NCBI GenBank assembly: GCA_900088475.1
Contig: FLMG01002622.1
Span: 62,001-126,000 of the forward strand
DNA: 64,000 bases
Source: Hyphochytrium catenoides
Taxonomy: Eukaryota; Protista; Hyphochytriomycota
Reading direction: 5' to 3'
The notes below the pieces were generated by a model. That model ran no database searches and was not told where the DNA came from. It saw nothing but the letters and a program-made list of their open reading frames with translations. A program made the translations under genes and the position numbers. Within the stretch, counting starts at the first letter, position 1, and every line of letters begins with the position of its first letter. Below are positions 50,782 through 63,813 of this stretch, piece by piece.

Positions 50782-51415
50782 AATTAGAGAAAGAGAGCAT
50801 AAGGCGGAGAGGCAGAAGCGGAACGCAGGCGGAGGGAAAGAGAGAACGAGTGACGAGAGCGAGAGAGAGAGAAAAAGAGATGTCATGAGCTGCACCGGTT
50901 GCTTTGTTCTCTCCCTCTGCACTTGGGACGTCAGCGCCAGCTGCTGCGGACTTCAATTGATCTACAGCCACAACTTTAGGGCGACTCTCTCAATCTCTCT
51001 CTTTCTCTGTCTCTTCACCTCTTTCTCCTGTCTCATCCAAAAATGAGGGTATTTCTCTTCGTCTCTTCTATTTCTCTTCGTCTCTTCCTCTTTTCTCAGC
51101 CTTTCTGCATCTAATGATGTCTTTTCCCTTCTCTTCACTTCTATCGAGGTGGGGCTCTTCTCTTCCTTGCTGTCTCCTCGTTCTTCTCGCTCCTCTTCCT
51201 ACACTTCCACTCACGTACAGATGGCCCCTCTTTTCTCTCTCTTTGTCCACTCTCTCTCTCTTTCTTTCTCTCTCTCGCTCACACACACATTGACACACTC
51301 ATTTCTCTTTTTTCTTTCTTATGTCCCACAATATTGATAATTCTTCTTTCTCCTGCCCTCAAGGTCTCTCTCTCGCCTTCCCTCGTCCTCCGTCCTCGCG
51401 CGTCTCTCGCGCGCT

Positions 51416-51466
<51 letters not shown>

Positions 51467-51673
51467 GATTGTCTCTCTTCAACTCCTTCCCTTACCTTTG
51501 TCTCTATTCAGCAGGAAAGCCGTCCAGTCTTCCTCTCGATTGTGCGCACCTTCTGGCAGCATACAATCCGCGAAGTATTCGTCGCTAACGTGCGGAACTC
51601 GGTCCGGGAAGGCGCAGCGCAGTGTGCTGCCCTTGTCAATGTCAAACTCAGCAAACAGGACGTAGGAAGCCAT
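45101..51673 (-). CDS. Afi1/MesA-like (Afi1 docking + SPA, DENN/AVL9-like) protein, ~12 exons
   Basis: Spliced motifs AEFDIDKGS...MLPEGAHNREEDWTAFLL, NLVRTKHDSSVRRGATVKAIA, IYNAILMGKRVLFVG, GYLAGVTNPMF..WWDILADINTG and LPESQGGLHPLAVGLLHP. Stop codon TGA at 45101-45103. Confidence 0.88.
45293..45687 (-). other. U12-type (minor spliceosome) AT-AC intron
   Basis: 5' end ATATCCTA; branch site TCCTTAAC at 45326-45319; 3' end TTAC 26 nt downstream of it. Removing the intron gives in-frame KELLCY|LPESQGGL. Confidence 0.85.
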
Positions 51674-52260
51674 TGGAACGAGAGAGAGAGAGAGACAGAG
51701 AGAGAGAGACAGAGAGAAAAAGAGTGAAGGAGAGAGAGAGAAGAGGAAATAGCGGAGAGACGAGCAGACGCACCGCGAAGATAGAGCCAGAGAGAGAGAA
51801 TGAGAGAGGACCAGAGGCGCGGCGTCAATGGTCCAGCTGTTGAGCGATTGCCTGACGCAAAAGCTTCCTTCTTTGAAGGTTGCTCCTTAAGTCAAAGAAT
51901 TCAACACACAGTTGTGGGAGAGGAGAGAGAGGTTGACGGAGGGAGGAACAGAGAGAGAGAGAGAACACGGGAAGAGAGAGAGAGGCAGCGAGAGAGAGAG
52001 AGAGAGAAGACAAGAGAGAGACTATTTTTTCCCTATGAGGAGAAAGATCTCAGTCTGGTGTGACCTTTGGCGAATACTATTCGTAATAACACAACACTCA
52101 TTCCATTATAATGTTACACCAGACGACATCGATTCCACATAATCCCTAACAGGGGCGGCACATTAACAAATCTGCAGATTAGAATCTGCAAACTCTGTCT
52201 GCAGATCTGCAGAGCGTCCGAAGTCTGAAGCTCTTCTGTCTTTGCGTCGTAGCTTTTCCA

Positions 52261-52543
52261 TCATCGAGTAAGATGGCTACGCCAAGGTCTAGGCGTCGTT
52301 CCAGGTGTGGACTGCGGCGTAGTTGTCCCGCTGCTAGAGGCACTGCGGGAGCGAGTTTTTACAAAGGCAGAGCGAGGACTGTCCCATCGCAAACTGTCGA
52401 TGGACTTTGATCTGTCTGGGGCATCAAGATAGCTGCACTCAGAGCCAGGGCTCCGTATCGCCTAAGAGAGAAGCTCCTTGTTATCACGTGCTGTCTCTGC
52501 ACTCTTTGAATCTCTCTCTCTCGACCTCGCTTCCTTCTGACTC

Positions 52544-52582
<39 letters not shown>

Positions 52583-52917
52583 TCTTTCTCTCCTTGAGCT
52601 TCTCTTGCTATGTACAAGACTCACCTCAACTCGTAGACTCTTGATTGTTTGCCGATCAACAATCCCCCGGACGGGATCCACAAGGTAGACTTGACTAGGA
52701 GGAGGAGATGGGTGCACAGACCTACATTTTGGGATGGAGAGAAAGATGAGAGAGAGAGAAAGAGAGAGAGAGAACAGGGAAAGTAAGAGACAGAGAAAAA
52801 TGGAAAGAGAGAGAGCTAAATGAAGAGGTAACTATTGCGTAACGTACTTCTTGTCTCTCTTCAGCCTTAGCATAATTTCATGACCTATGATGGATCTCCC
52901 TCTCCTTTCTCTTCCTC

Positions 52918-52970
<53 letters not shown>

Positions 52971-54273
52971 TCTCTCTTTCGGCTGTCAACCATAGGAATC
53001 CCCTGGTGCCAGCTTCAAAATACCTCTTTTGTCCAGCTCTCTCTTTGTTCTCTCTCTCTGTCCCTTGCACGAGGATCGGCTAAACAGACGTACCTGCTGA
53101 CATTCTCTCTCCAGTGATGAGGAGTGGCCGACCGTCTATTTCTTCCTTTCCCTCCTCCCCTCTCATAATCTTTCCTCTCTCTTTCTCCTCCTTTGGGAGA
53201 GAGAGACAATGTCTCAGCTCTTTTTTGAAGTTCTTCATAGGCAGAAAAGAACATCTTGCTCGTAGGCGCTCTTGCGCCCTAAAGAGAAAGGGAGAGAGAG
53301 AGAGACAGAGCGTGGCAAATAAACAATAATCGATCGATGGAATATGACAGTGTTCGCCCGACGGCACGAAAAGAGAGAGAAAGAGAAAGGGTGGAAAGAG
53401 GAAAAGAACGACACGAAGAAAGAGAGAAAAGATAGAGACTTCAAGCGCGGTGGGACCTACCAGCGCTCTCCCTGTTTGAGGAGACTGCGATGTGCGTGCG
53501 CTGTACGATCCAATGATAGATTTGTTAGAGAGAGAGAGAGAGTGTGTGTTTTGAGTGAGAGAGAGAGAAAGAGGGAGAGAAGAGTTAGTGAGCAAAGAAG
53601 AGAAGAGGAATTGACAGGAACAGGGAAATTGCCCATGTTTCCCCACTCACCATCACGTGTTTGTCCTCTCACTCATTCCTCTTTCTCTCCCTCTCTCTTT
53701 CTCTCTCTCTTTCTCCGTGGCTCTTTCTCGCTCCTCGTATCCCCTCCTTTACGCTGTTCAGCACCATCTCTTCTCCTCTGCCTCAGCTCCCAACTCACCT
53801 CTGTCTTTCCTGTATGGCCGTTATCTCCTGATCTATCTCATTGAGGTTCGAGAGCTTGTCATTAAGTTCTGCCAGCGGCTTCTTCTCCTGCACCGTGAAG
53901 ACAGATTCTACCGTCTCTCTCTCTTCGTCTCCCGCTGACCATACGGGGAGAAAGTAGGCGTTGGCTTTTTGGGTTGCCTCTCTTTCCCCTTTCTGTTCTC
54001 TCTCCTTCGTTCTTCCGCTCCTCGTCTCTTTCTCTTCTCTCTGGTTGACAACAGCCCCAAGGCCAAAGAGCTCTAGGTGCTGTCGTTCAAGAAGCTCTTC
54101 CAGTCTTTCAATGGATTCTAAAGAGTCCTTCCGCTGCAGTCTAAAAGGTGCACTCAGCGGTCTCTGTCTCAGATCTTCAGAAATCTGCAGATCGTCCGCA
54201 GAGGCCTGCAGATTATACGATACAATGGCAGATTCTAATTTTAGAGACCATATCTCATTTGAATAAGAGGAGG

Positions 54274-54314
<41 letters not shown>

Positions 54315-55582
54315 GTACCCAGCTTGGAAGAGCTAGAGAAAGAGAGGGAGAACATAAAGCAAGAGAGGTACCATGGACATGCAGAGCGCTGCCTCTATTT
54401 CAGGATCTTCCGCAAGAGCTTGAGAGAGACTAGGCTCACCGTCTCGCTCTAATAATCCCTGAAGATAGAACGGGGAGAGGGAAAGTGAAAGAGAGACCAT
54501 AAGATGAGAGGAATTAAAGGAGCAGTTAAGCGAGAATCAGTCTTATAGAGGCGATATGCCAGGGAAGGCAAGAAGGGGTAGTAGCAGATGCGACATGGAG
54601 TTCTTCTCTCTATTGGAGAAAACGTAAGAGAACAGCAGAGAGGAGCTAAGGAGACCATCGTGGAAGTAAGAATAAAGGAGAGAAAGAGAGAGAGAGAAAA
54701 AGAGGGAAGGAACGAGAGAGAGAGAGAGAAAACAGGGAGCCCGGGAAGATTTATTCTGCTACAGGTGGTTTGTCGTGGAAGTTGAGAGAGTAGGATGGGT
54801 GACACAGAGAAGAAAGAGACAGCTTTTTAACAGAAACAAGGAGAGAGAGAGAGAGAGAGAGAGAGAGAAGCAAAACCTTGGCGTCTAAGACGTGACATGT
54901 GAGACCCTCCGACTGATCCTGCCGCTGGACACTAGCCTTTTGCTGTGTAAACAACGAGCCAGGGGGAATAAATGTGAGTCAAAAAAAGAGAGAGAGAGAG
55001 AGAGAGAGAAGAACGAATAGGAGACTGGGCAAGATAAAGAGCCGGATAACTTTTCAAGTCTGTGACGCTCTGTCCTTACGGCGGATAGGACATCTCTGAG
55101 ATGCTGGAGAGCTTGCGAGGAGAGCCCAAGCCCTAAGAAGGAGGGAGAAAATTGTGAGAAAGATGCACAGCAGGAAGCGAAAGAAAGAGAGAGAAACCCC
55201 AGCGATGGGCACCTAGCGTCGCTGTCCTTTCTTCGTATCTTGCTGCTTCGTTTTCCCTCCATTCCTCACTCTCTTCATCTGTCAATTGTCTCTCTCTCCC
55301 TTAAAAGCCGTACCTTAAGTAGCAGAAACACACTCTCTCTCTCTCGTTCTCTCTACCCCTCTTCTCTCCTATTCCTGTGCCGGTCACTTTCTCTCTCTCT
55401 CTCGCTCTTTCTCTTCGCGTTGGGTTTCTACACATCTTTCTCCTTCTTCCCTGTTTACCTGGCGACTGGGAGTCACGCAGAGGTCCTTCCTCGTGCTTCT
55501 CTTCCTGCTTGCGCCCCTGACTTTCACCTTTACGTTGTGCTGAACTCCAAGATTGCCGGCTTCATAATATCGCCCGTGATTG

Positions 55583-55624
<42 letters not shown>

Positions 55625-56324
55625 TGGGGGAAGGATGGGAGAGAGAGAGAAGAGAGGCGGCCAGAAACAGAGCTACTAAGAAACAGAGCATGGATCTTAT
55701 GGAGAGGGAAAACTATGAGGGCTAATGCCATGGAAGAAGGGAGAGAGAGAGAGAGAACATAAAGAAAAAGAAAGGGAATAGAGAGAGAAAGTAAGATAGA
55801 GAGACTCCTGCCTACCTCAATTCTTTCTTCTCTGCGGTTGCCCCTTTTAGAGTCGCAGAAGCGGAAGGAGATCCCTTGCGTCGGAAGATATCTTGTCTTA
55901 GGAATTGAAGATCCAGAGGAGTCGGGTCTTGACGCAGTTCTGGAGAAAGACAACGGGGAAGAGAGAGAGAAAGAAAGAGAGAAAAACAAGGCAAAGGAAG
56001 AGAGAGAGAGAGAGAGAGTTAGCCTTCACTACGTCTGTTAGCTACTTCTCATCGTAATTGGTATGAGCTAGCTCAACTTGTCTATTAGTATTTCCCTCTC
56101 TCCTCTCCGCTTTTCACGGCGGTCCATTTCATGTGCCCTCTCTTTCCTTCCATCCCTCTCTCCTTTCTCTCTCTTCCCTTGTGCTCCTACCTCTCTCTCC
56201 CTATCTTCTTCTCTTTTTTACATCGCCATTACCTCCTCTTCCTCTACTCTCACCCCTCCTTATACATCCTTCTGTTCTCTCTCTTTCTCCTTCTCTTTCC
56301 CACCCGTACCCTCTCTCCCTTTTA

Positions 56325-56371
<47 letters not shown>

Positions 56372-57399
56372 TATTTCTCTCCTTCTCTCCTTCCCCTCTC
56401 TCACTCTGCCTCCCTCTCTCTTCGAGGTCTTATCCTCTCTCCCCTTCAATGCATTCTCTCTATCGCTCTATCTCTCCTTTCTTCTTCTCTCTTTCTCTCT
56501 CCTACCAGACTGCACGGCGGTCGTCTCTTCTCTTCCCTTTCTTGGCCTACTGCAGGTGGCTTTCTGCTCCTTGACCATGATTTCTACGCGCTTTGAGTTC
56601 TCTGGGTCCCGAAGAAGATCGACCAGAGACGAAGTGCATGTTTCTCTCTCTTGTTCTCTCTCTATCTTTCTACTTCTCTCTTCCCCACCCATGTTTTCTC
56701 TTTCTCTCTCTTCTCGAGGGCTTCTCATATTGAGCTTTGCCAGGCTTTGACCTTCTCTTCCTGTCGCTGCATTGAAAAGGAACGAGCAACAGCCCCTTCT
56801 TAGTAGCCGTAAGAAAAGAGAGAGAGAGAGAACGAGAGAGAGAGAGAAAGAGAGACAGAGAGAGGCACTATGTAGGGCGCAGAGACAGAGAGAGAAGGAG
56901 GAAAGAGAGAAAAGAGGATGGAGCTACTGGTAAGCTCTCATGCTTCAGAACGATCTTTTTACTTTCCGTAGTAATCTCTCTCTCTTTCTCTCTCTCTCTC
57001 TCCCTCCTTTCTTTTCTTCTGCTCTTATACCTGTGGCTCCTCTGGAGGGAGAGACGTCCGGTGTGTCCGGGAAAGACTTCAGATGGTTTGTCCCTGACAG
57101 TCTTTTCTTTCCTTTGAGGGAAAGAGATGAAGAGAGAGAAGGAGAGGAAGACTGGGTCTTGCTTCTCAGGGAAGTAGTAGAAGAACGAGGAGACGTGCTC
57201 GGAGGGCGGTGAGCGCGAGTTGATGATCTGAAATAATGGAAGAAAGAGAAGAGGGAGAGAGAGAAAAGAGAGAGAGAGAGAGAAAAAGAAAGAGGGAGAG
57301 AGATTAAGAAAAGGGAGAGGAGGGTGAGTGAGGGTGCAAGACAAGAGAGGAAGCAATCAATGGCATCGGTTAGCTTTTTGAGCCGCAATCGGATTATTC

Positions 57400-57430
<31 letters not shown>

Positions 57431-57922
57431 CCTCTCACTCGATAGTCTCTTCCGTCTCTCTCTCTCTCTCTCGCTCCCTCACTTGATAGTCTCTTTCGTC
57501 TCTCTCTCTCTCTTTTTCCCTCACTCGATAGTTTCTTTTGGAAAGGCAGGCCTCTCCCTAGTCTATTTTCTCTCAGTTGCTAGGCTCCTCCCAAAGATGT
57601 GAGACTCCCTCTTCTTCTCTCTTCTCTCTCCTCACCTTGGGCTTGGCTTTCGCTCAGCAGCACGAGGAGAGATCTGTGGCCGTCTCCCCTGGGCCATTCC
57701 TTCGGGAGAAGAAGAGAGAGGGAGAGAAGAGGAAGAGAGAGAGGGAGAGAGAGAGGAAGGAGCAGCTGCAGTGCTAATCTGAAGTTTGCTCGCGGCGCCA
57801 AAGAGAAAGCTGGGGACAGAGGAGGAAGAAGAGAGAGAAGGAGATCTTCCGGCCGCCCTCTCTCTCGCTTCTCTCTCTCCTCTTCCCATAGCACCAGTAC
57901 TATCAGAGGTATGGGAGGTCAT
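52261..57922 (-). CDS. Uncharacterised, largely disordered Ser/Arg-rich protein with coiled-coil segments (~13 exons)
   Basis: A chain of mostly phase-consistent GT-AG exons runs from MTSHTSDS (57922) through RKDSLESIERLEELLERQHLELFG to TTPRPWRSHLTR* (52261). Two middle junctions are ambiguous. No domain recognised. Confidence 0.6.
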
Positions 57923-58020
57923 TTCCCTGATCTCTCTCTCTCTCTTTCTTTCTCCTTAGCTCACTTCCTTCCACCTTTTCGCTCTTTTATTGAAGCAGAG
58001 CTATAGGCACGGTCATGGCT

Positions 58021-58084
<64 letters not shown>

Positions 58085-59189
58085 CGGGAGAGTTTGCACT
58101 AAGAGAGCGACAGAGAGAGAGCAGAGGCAGGCATGGCCCCTGAGTTCAGTCAACAAAGCAGCTATGGCTCTGTGCTTGCTGTCCCTTGTGCATTCAAGCT
58201 CTCTCTTCTCTCTCTCTCTCTCCCTCTTTCTCTCTTTCTCTCTCTTTCTCTTTCCCTTCCCCTCGTTCTTCTTGCTTTTCTCTTCTTATTCTCCCTAAGC
58301 TAGCCCTCCTGCTTGTCGTGCCTGTTGCATCTCCATTGTTTCACTTCTCATTCCTTGGGAGTCCACCACCCTCAACCTGAGATTTCCTCTTTCAGTCTCT
58401 CTCCTCTCTCTTTCCTCCACTCTCTCTCTCTCTCTCTTTCAGATCTGTCTCTCTCTCTCTCCCTCTTCTTATCAGTAGTATGCCTGGGTCTGCAGCACAG
58501 AGAAATTGTTTTGGGGGTTATTAGGTCAATGGAGGGGTCTGGAAAAGAGAGATGTGGACAGCGATGGGTAAGCGCGTATGAGGGACACGGAGAGGTGGCT
58601 GAAAGAGGAAGAGAGAAAGGAGAGAAGAGACAGAGAGCGAGAGCGAGAGAGAGAGCGAGAGAGAGAGCGAGAGAGAGAGCGAGAGAGAGGGAGAGAGAGA
58701 GAGAGAAAGAGAGAGAGAGAAAGAGAGAGAGAAAGATACATGCAGTTTCTCTTCTCATAAAAGCTCCCTTCTTCTTTCCCTTCGCTCTCTCCCGGCCAGA
58801 ACTCAGATACCCATATAGATGATCCATTTTGTTTTACAATACTACCAATTACTAGACATCTCCGCCCAACCCATAAGGTAAATTCTGTCTTAGCTGTGTT
58901 ACCCATAATAGTTGGGTCTTCGTGTCCGTTCTGCCGGCAAATTTACGAAAATGCGATGGCGGGAACTCCGTGAAGACTTTTCATTCTGAAGATTATTGGC
59001 CTTCTCTGCTGCTGCCGTCCCAGTGGCAGGATACGCTGTAGACTTCCCACTGCGGAGGGCTCAGACTACCTCTAAAGGTCTCTAGAAAGCTCAGAAAGGA
59101 AAGCTTGTTCGGCTGGTGATGTCTTTCGCATCTAAGCTTCTTCGAAAGAGCACATGAGCGCTTTCTGGACTTCCCTGCCATGCTGATCT

Positions 59190-59460
59190 CCTTGAAAAAT
59201 CGGCCAGATCTCGTCCGATGCGCCTCTGCCTAACGAGGCTTATTCATTGGTTGTGAAGATGAGCTCTTCAAGAACTTCTGTGAAGACTCACAACTTAGAC
59301 ACCCATCTGACCTGGGTGCAGCAGGTAGAAATGACACACTGGACCTGGAACTTTGATTTGGAGACTTCTCCTTACGTTAGATGTACTGATGACCGTCTAT
59401 TTCAAGAACTCTTGATCATAAAGCCACTTATGCCCCTCACTATCTTTCTGGCGTCCTTAT
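59190..59460 (-). mobile_element. Possible decayed hAT-like transposase fragment
   Basis: The stop-riddled frame KDARKIVRGISGFMIKSS*NRR...STCCTQVRWVSKL*VFTEVLEEL...DEIWPIF loosely follows the hAT order of helix, RWxS, then W. Confidence 0.25.
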
Positions 59461-59976
59461 CTGCCGACTTCTCTAGCCAATTTTCCATCTTCTCACCTCC
59501 GCTCTCTCTCCTTCTTCGGCTGCACTCTTCGCCATGATTCTCTAGTTCTCGAAGGATTATGGCGCTCCTGCTAGTCTTTGCTTCAGCACAGCTCGCCTCC
59601 AGCTGGCAAATGATAAAGAGAACAGGTAGGAGGCGATATTGTCCCTTCTCGCCCTCCTCTAGCTGTTAAGCGTGGCGTTTCATAGGTTGCCGCTGCAGTG
59701 CGTTTTCTGTGTCTTTGGCTAAAATAGTGTTTCTCTCTCGCGTGCTTGCTCTTTGTCTCTGTCTCTCTCGCTTCCCTAAATGGCGTCTACGCGACATTTC
59801 CTTTGCTCTAGCGGACTGGGGGACTTTTTCCTTTACGTTTTCTATTGCCGTCCCTCTCTCTCTCTAGCTCTGTCTCTCTGTCTCTCCCTTTATTTCTTCC
59901 CCCTTCACTCTCTAGGAGGATCTTCAAAAAGTTCCTCTCTCTCTATGTGTATCTAAGCCGTACATGTCTTCCCCAG

Positions 59977-62900
59977 AGAGCCAACAAGGCCCAGCAATAA
60001 AGCTTTGGACTTGAAAGCGCCAGGGGCCGCTCTGTCTCTCTCTCAACTGGAGAAATGTCTCTCTGCTGCTTCCAAGCTTAGCAAAGATCATAACCCTTTT
60101 CTCTCTAGGCGAAGACGGCCACTTCCCTCTCCTCCTGCACCTTTTCCATCACCTTCGTCTTCTTTCAATGCAGCTGGTCCCCAGTCCTCGGGCTCTGATC
60201 TGCAGAGAGGCTCTCTCTCCTCTTCTTCTGCGCTTACTAGACCGCCACTCTCCCTCGCCCCTTCTCCTCTTCCCCCTTCTTCTTCGTCGCTCTCCCATCC
60301 TTCACCTTTCTCTCCTCCTTCTACCCCGTTTTCGAGGCCCTTAGCGTTGAACCGAAGTAGCTCACAAAGTAAGCGAGAAGATTTTAAACTTGTTCTGTTT
60401 TCTCTCACTCCACCTGCACTCTCTGGTCTCTCTCACCCCTCTCTCTCCTCCTCCCCCACTCTTTTTCTTTCCCCTGTTGCCATCTCCCAGGCTGTTTATA
60501 TCTGTAGCAGTCAGTCTTCTTTATCATAAGCTTACCTCATCTTCTCCCGCACATGGGCGCCTTTTCAACCGCCGACCCTTTGTTTCTTTCTCTCTCTCTG
60601 TCTCTCTCTCTATGTGTCTCTCTCTTTGTCTCTTTTTCTCTCCCCTCTCACACACACACTTCCTTTTTCTTCCTAGCGATCGGTTCAGGACAAAGACCTC
60701 CTCTCCATCCTCCACCAGCGGCGCTACCTTCTCTTACAGCGCAGCAATCTAATAAAAATGCTGCGAAGGTGCATCCAGAGCTTGGGACAGTAAGAAAGAG
60801 ACAAGCTTTCGCTCTTTTTCGTCGTTTTGCTCTTTTCCTACTTTTGCTAGTGTCTCTCTTCTCCGGGCACTACTTCCTCATCATCCTGTCTTGCTTTGTT
60901 CTCCCTTTCTCTCTCTATCCTTATGTGCGTTCCTTGCTAGACTGCTTCATAGCCTTCTTATCTTTTGCCATTCAAATTGTCTTTTTACCCTCCTCCCGCT
61001 TTCTCATCGTTCTCCTCTCTTTTTCTCATTCTCCCTTTTCCTCTCTCTCTCTCTCTCTCTTTGAATCCTCTGTTCGCTCTCTCTCGTTCTGCCTGTTTCC
61101 CCTTTTTTCTGACTGTATCTTACCTCTCTTTGGCGACAGAGATTGGCTCCCGCCCCACGTCTTCCTTGTGATTCTCTCCCTCAGGAGCGCAGCAAGAGCC
61201 ACGATGAAAACTATGAGAGGTGAGGTTCTCGTGCTTGTTTTTCTACGCTTTTTCTCTTTCCCCCTTCTCTCTCTCTCTCTCTCTCCTTTCCTCTCTCTCT
61301 CTCTCTCTCTCTCTCCTGTTGCCCTTGAGCTGTCTAATCTTGTCTACCAATGGCAACGCTGATTAAAGAGTTCCTCCCTCTCTTTGATTCTGTGTTTCCT
61401 TCTCTCTCTATCTCTCTCTTCCTTCAGAGCTCTTCAGGAGTTGGAGTTGGTTCAACGCCAGATTAATGCTGCGAGAGAGGAAGGAGAGCTTCCTCTCTCT
61501 CTTGTCACAAAGAGAAATGCCCTTGAGAGCAAGATTGCAGCGCTAAACAAGCTCAGAAGAAAGGCAGCTCCGCCCTCCCTCTCTCCTTCCTCTTCCTCCT
61601 CCCGCGGCTCTTCTCCTCATGAAGATCCCTCCCTTCCTCCTCCTCCAGCTGTTTCGCTCTCTCACTCTTCTGCCTCATCTTCTTACCAGAAAAACTCATA
61701 CTCAGGTACGGAAAGCGTTTTTGGGCTAGTATTCTCTCTCTCTCTCTCTCTCTTTCTTCCTCTCCCTCTCTCTCTTTTTTTTTCTCCCTCCGTCCCCTGG
61801 TCACTTCCTCTTGCGCTATCCCTCCCTCTCCTTCTCTTCCTCTATCTATCTCTTCTCTCTCTTGGCCGTGGTTGAACACACGCTTTCGCCTGCAACGGGT
61901 TACCTTTGGCAACCTTGCACTCTAATCCCTCTATTTGAGTTTAAACTAAGTCTTTATCCTTCTCTGGCCGTCCCTCCCTCTTCCTTCTCACTTTCTCTCC
62001 TTTGAATCTCTCTCGCTGTCTCTCTTTCTCGCTGCCTTTTCCCCCTTCTCTATATTTCTTACTCTCGCTCTCTACGGCTGTTTTCCTAATCTCGCCAACT
62101 TCTCGGTGCTCTTCTCTCTTTCTTTGCTTCCTTTTTTTCTCTCTCTCTCTCGCGCGCTCGCTCTGTGCACTCACTCTCGCCCTCTTTTTAACTGTTTGTC
62201 GCTCTCTCTGTTTATCCCTAACACGTCAGCGATCACGGAAGAGATGTTGTCCGACGACATTCTCGCCAACTTTGACTGTGATGTCGACTTTCCTCCTCCT
62301 CCAGCCGCGCCCTCGGCTTCTCTCTCTTTCTCTTCACCTCGTCTTTCCTCTTATTTGCCTCCCAGACCACTGTCTGAAGAGAGAGAAGAAGAGAGAGAGA
62401 GAGACGACGACGTTCCTCTCTGTTCTGGCCATGGAGAGCCGTGCATTCTCCTCACTTCGAAGTCCCAACTGAATCCTGGCCGCCAGTTTTATAAGTGCAA
62501 ACATGACAGAAACTCTGGAGAGGCTTGTGACTTTTTTCAATGGGCTGAAGCAGGTGTGAACGGCCACGAAGAGGAGAAGAAGAGAGAGACGGAAGAGAGG
62601 CGGCACGTCTGGACGACCTGGGAGACGGAGACAGAAAGAAAGAGAGAGAGGACAAGTGGGAGAGACCGCTCGAGCAACAAAGAAGGAGGATGATACAGAA
62701 GAAGATGGTGGTTATAACAGAGAGTAATGGAGGTGTCGGACTTGTTCAGAGGGGACCCAGGAAAGAGAGAGAAAGAGAGAGAAAGAGACACACACAATAG
62801 GTTGGCAACCGCGAATCCATTCTCTTCCGCCCTTGCTCACCTCTTGCTCATTCGTTCCTCTCGGCCGTACCTCTGATGATCGACTGCTCTGTCTCGCAGG

Positions 62901-63610
62901 CTCACCAGGCGGCAACTCTTCCGCCTTTAGCTCCTCTTTCACGTCCAGCTCGGCGTCTTTCACTTCCGCCTTCCCTTCGTCCTCTTCTTCCTCTTCCGAT
63001 CCCTCAGCGCCGAAGTGCCCTAATCACGGGGTTCCGGCGCTGCGGCTGATCAGTAGAACACAAGGAGAGAACCATGGGCGACCGTTCTACACGTACGCTC
63101 TCTCTTTCTCCCTCTCTCTCCTTGTCTCTCTCTCTGTTATGCTCTCTCCGTTGTTGGCTCTTCTTTAGTCTTTCTTTTTCTCTTCGGCAGTGGTATCAGC
63201 GCTGTTTTACCTGCTCACTTTGCCTCTTTTTCCTAGCCTTCTGTCTCACATTCCGCGCGGCGCCCAAGTAGTTTGACGGGACTAAGCTTTACTCATCTCT
63301 CCTCTTCTCTCTCTCTCTCTCTCTTCCTCGTTCCTCTTCCTATTGTCTCTCTCTTTTCCTCGGTCCTTCTTTCCCCCGTTCAGGTGTCCTCATGGTCGAG
63401 AAGTCTGTGACTTCTTTATGTGGGCAGACACGGAGATATCCAGTTCTTTCTCGGTCTCTTCCTCCATCTCTCCGCTGTTGAACAAGGGCATTTCCTCTAT
63501 CGGGGAGATCAACCTGAAGATCTTTGGCCATAGAACCTTTAGACAGGGACAGAAAGAGGTCATCCAGGCAGCTCTGCAGGGGAGAGACGTCGTCGTCATC
63601 ATGCCAACAG
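59977..63610 (+). CDS. RecQ-family DNA helicase, 5' portion with two GRF zinc fingers; continues beyond the window, start uncertain
   Basis: Exons encode CSGHGEPC...NPGRQFYKC...CDFFQW and CPNHGVPA...NHGRPFYT|CPHGREVCDFFMW. These are followed by RecQ motif 0/I: IFGHRTFRQGQKEVIQAALQGRDVVVIMPTG. Confidence 0.9.
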
Positions 63611-63769
63611 GTAGGGAACAGGAAAGAAACGATTTTCTCTCTCTCCCTCTTGGTAGTACTGCTTACTACGGTTTATAACTCCCTTGTCTCCTTTCTGGAT
63701 CATAGAAAAGTTGTCTCAAGTCCATTCTGATGTGCAGGTCCTTTCTCTCTCTCTCTCTCTCTCTCTCTT

Positions 63770-63813
<44 letters not shown>

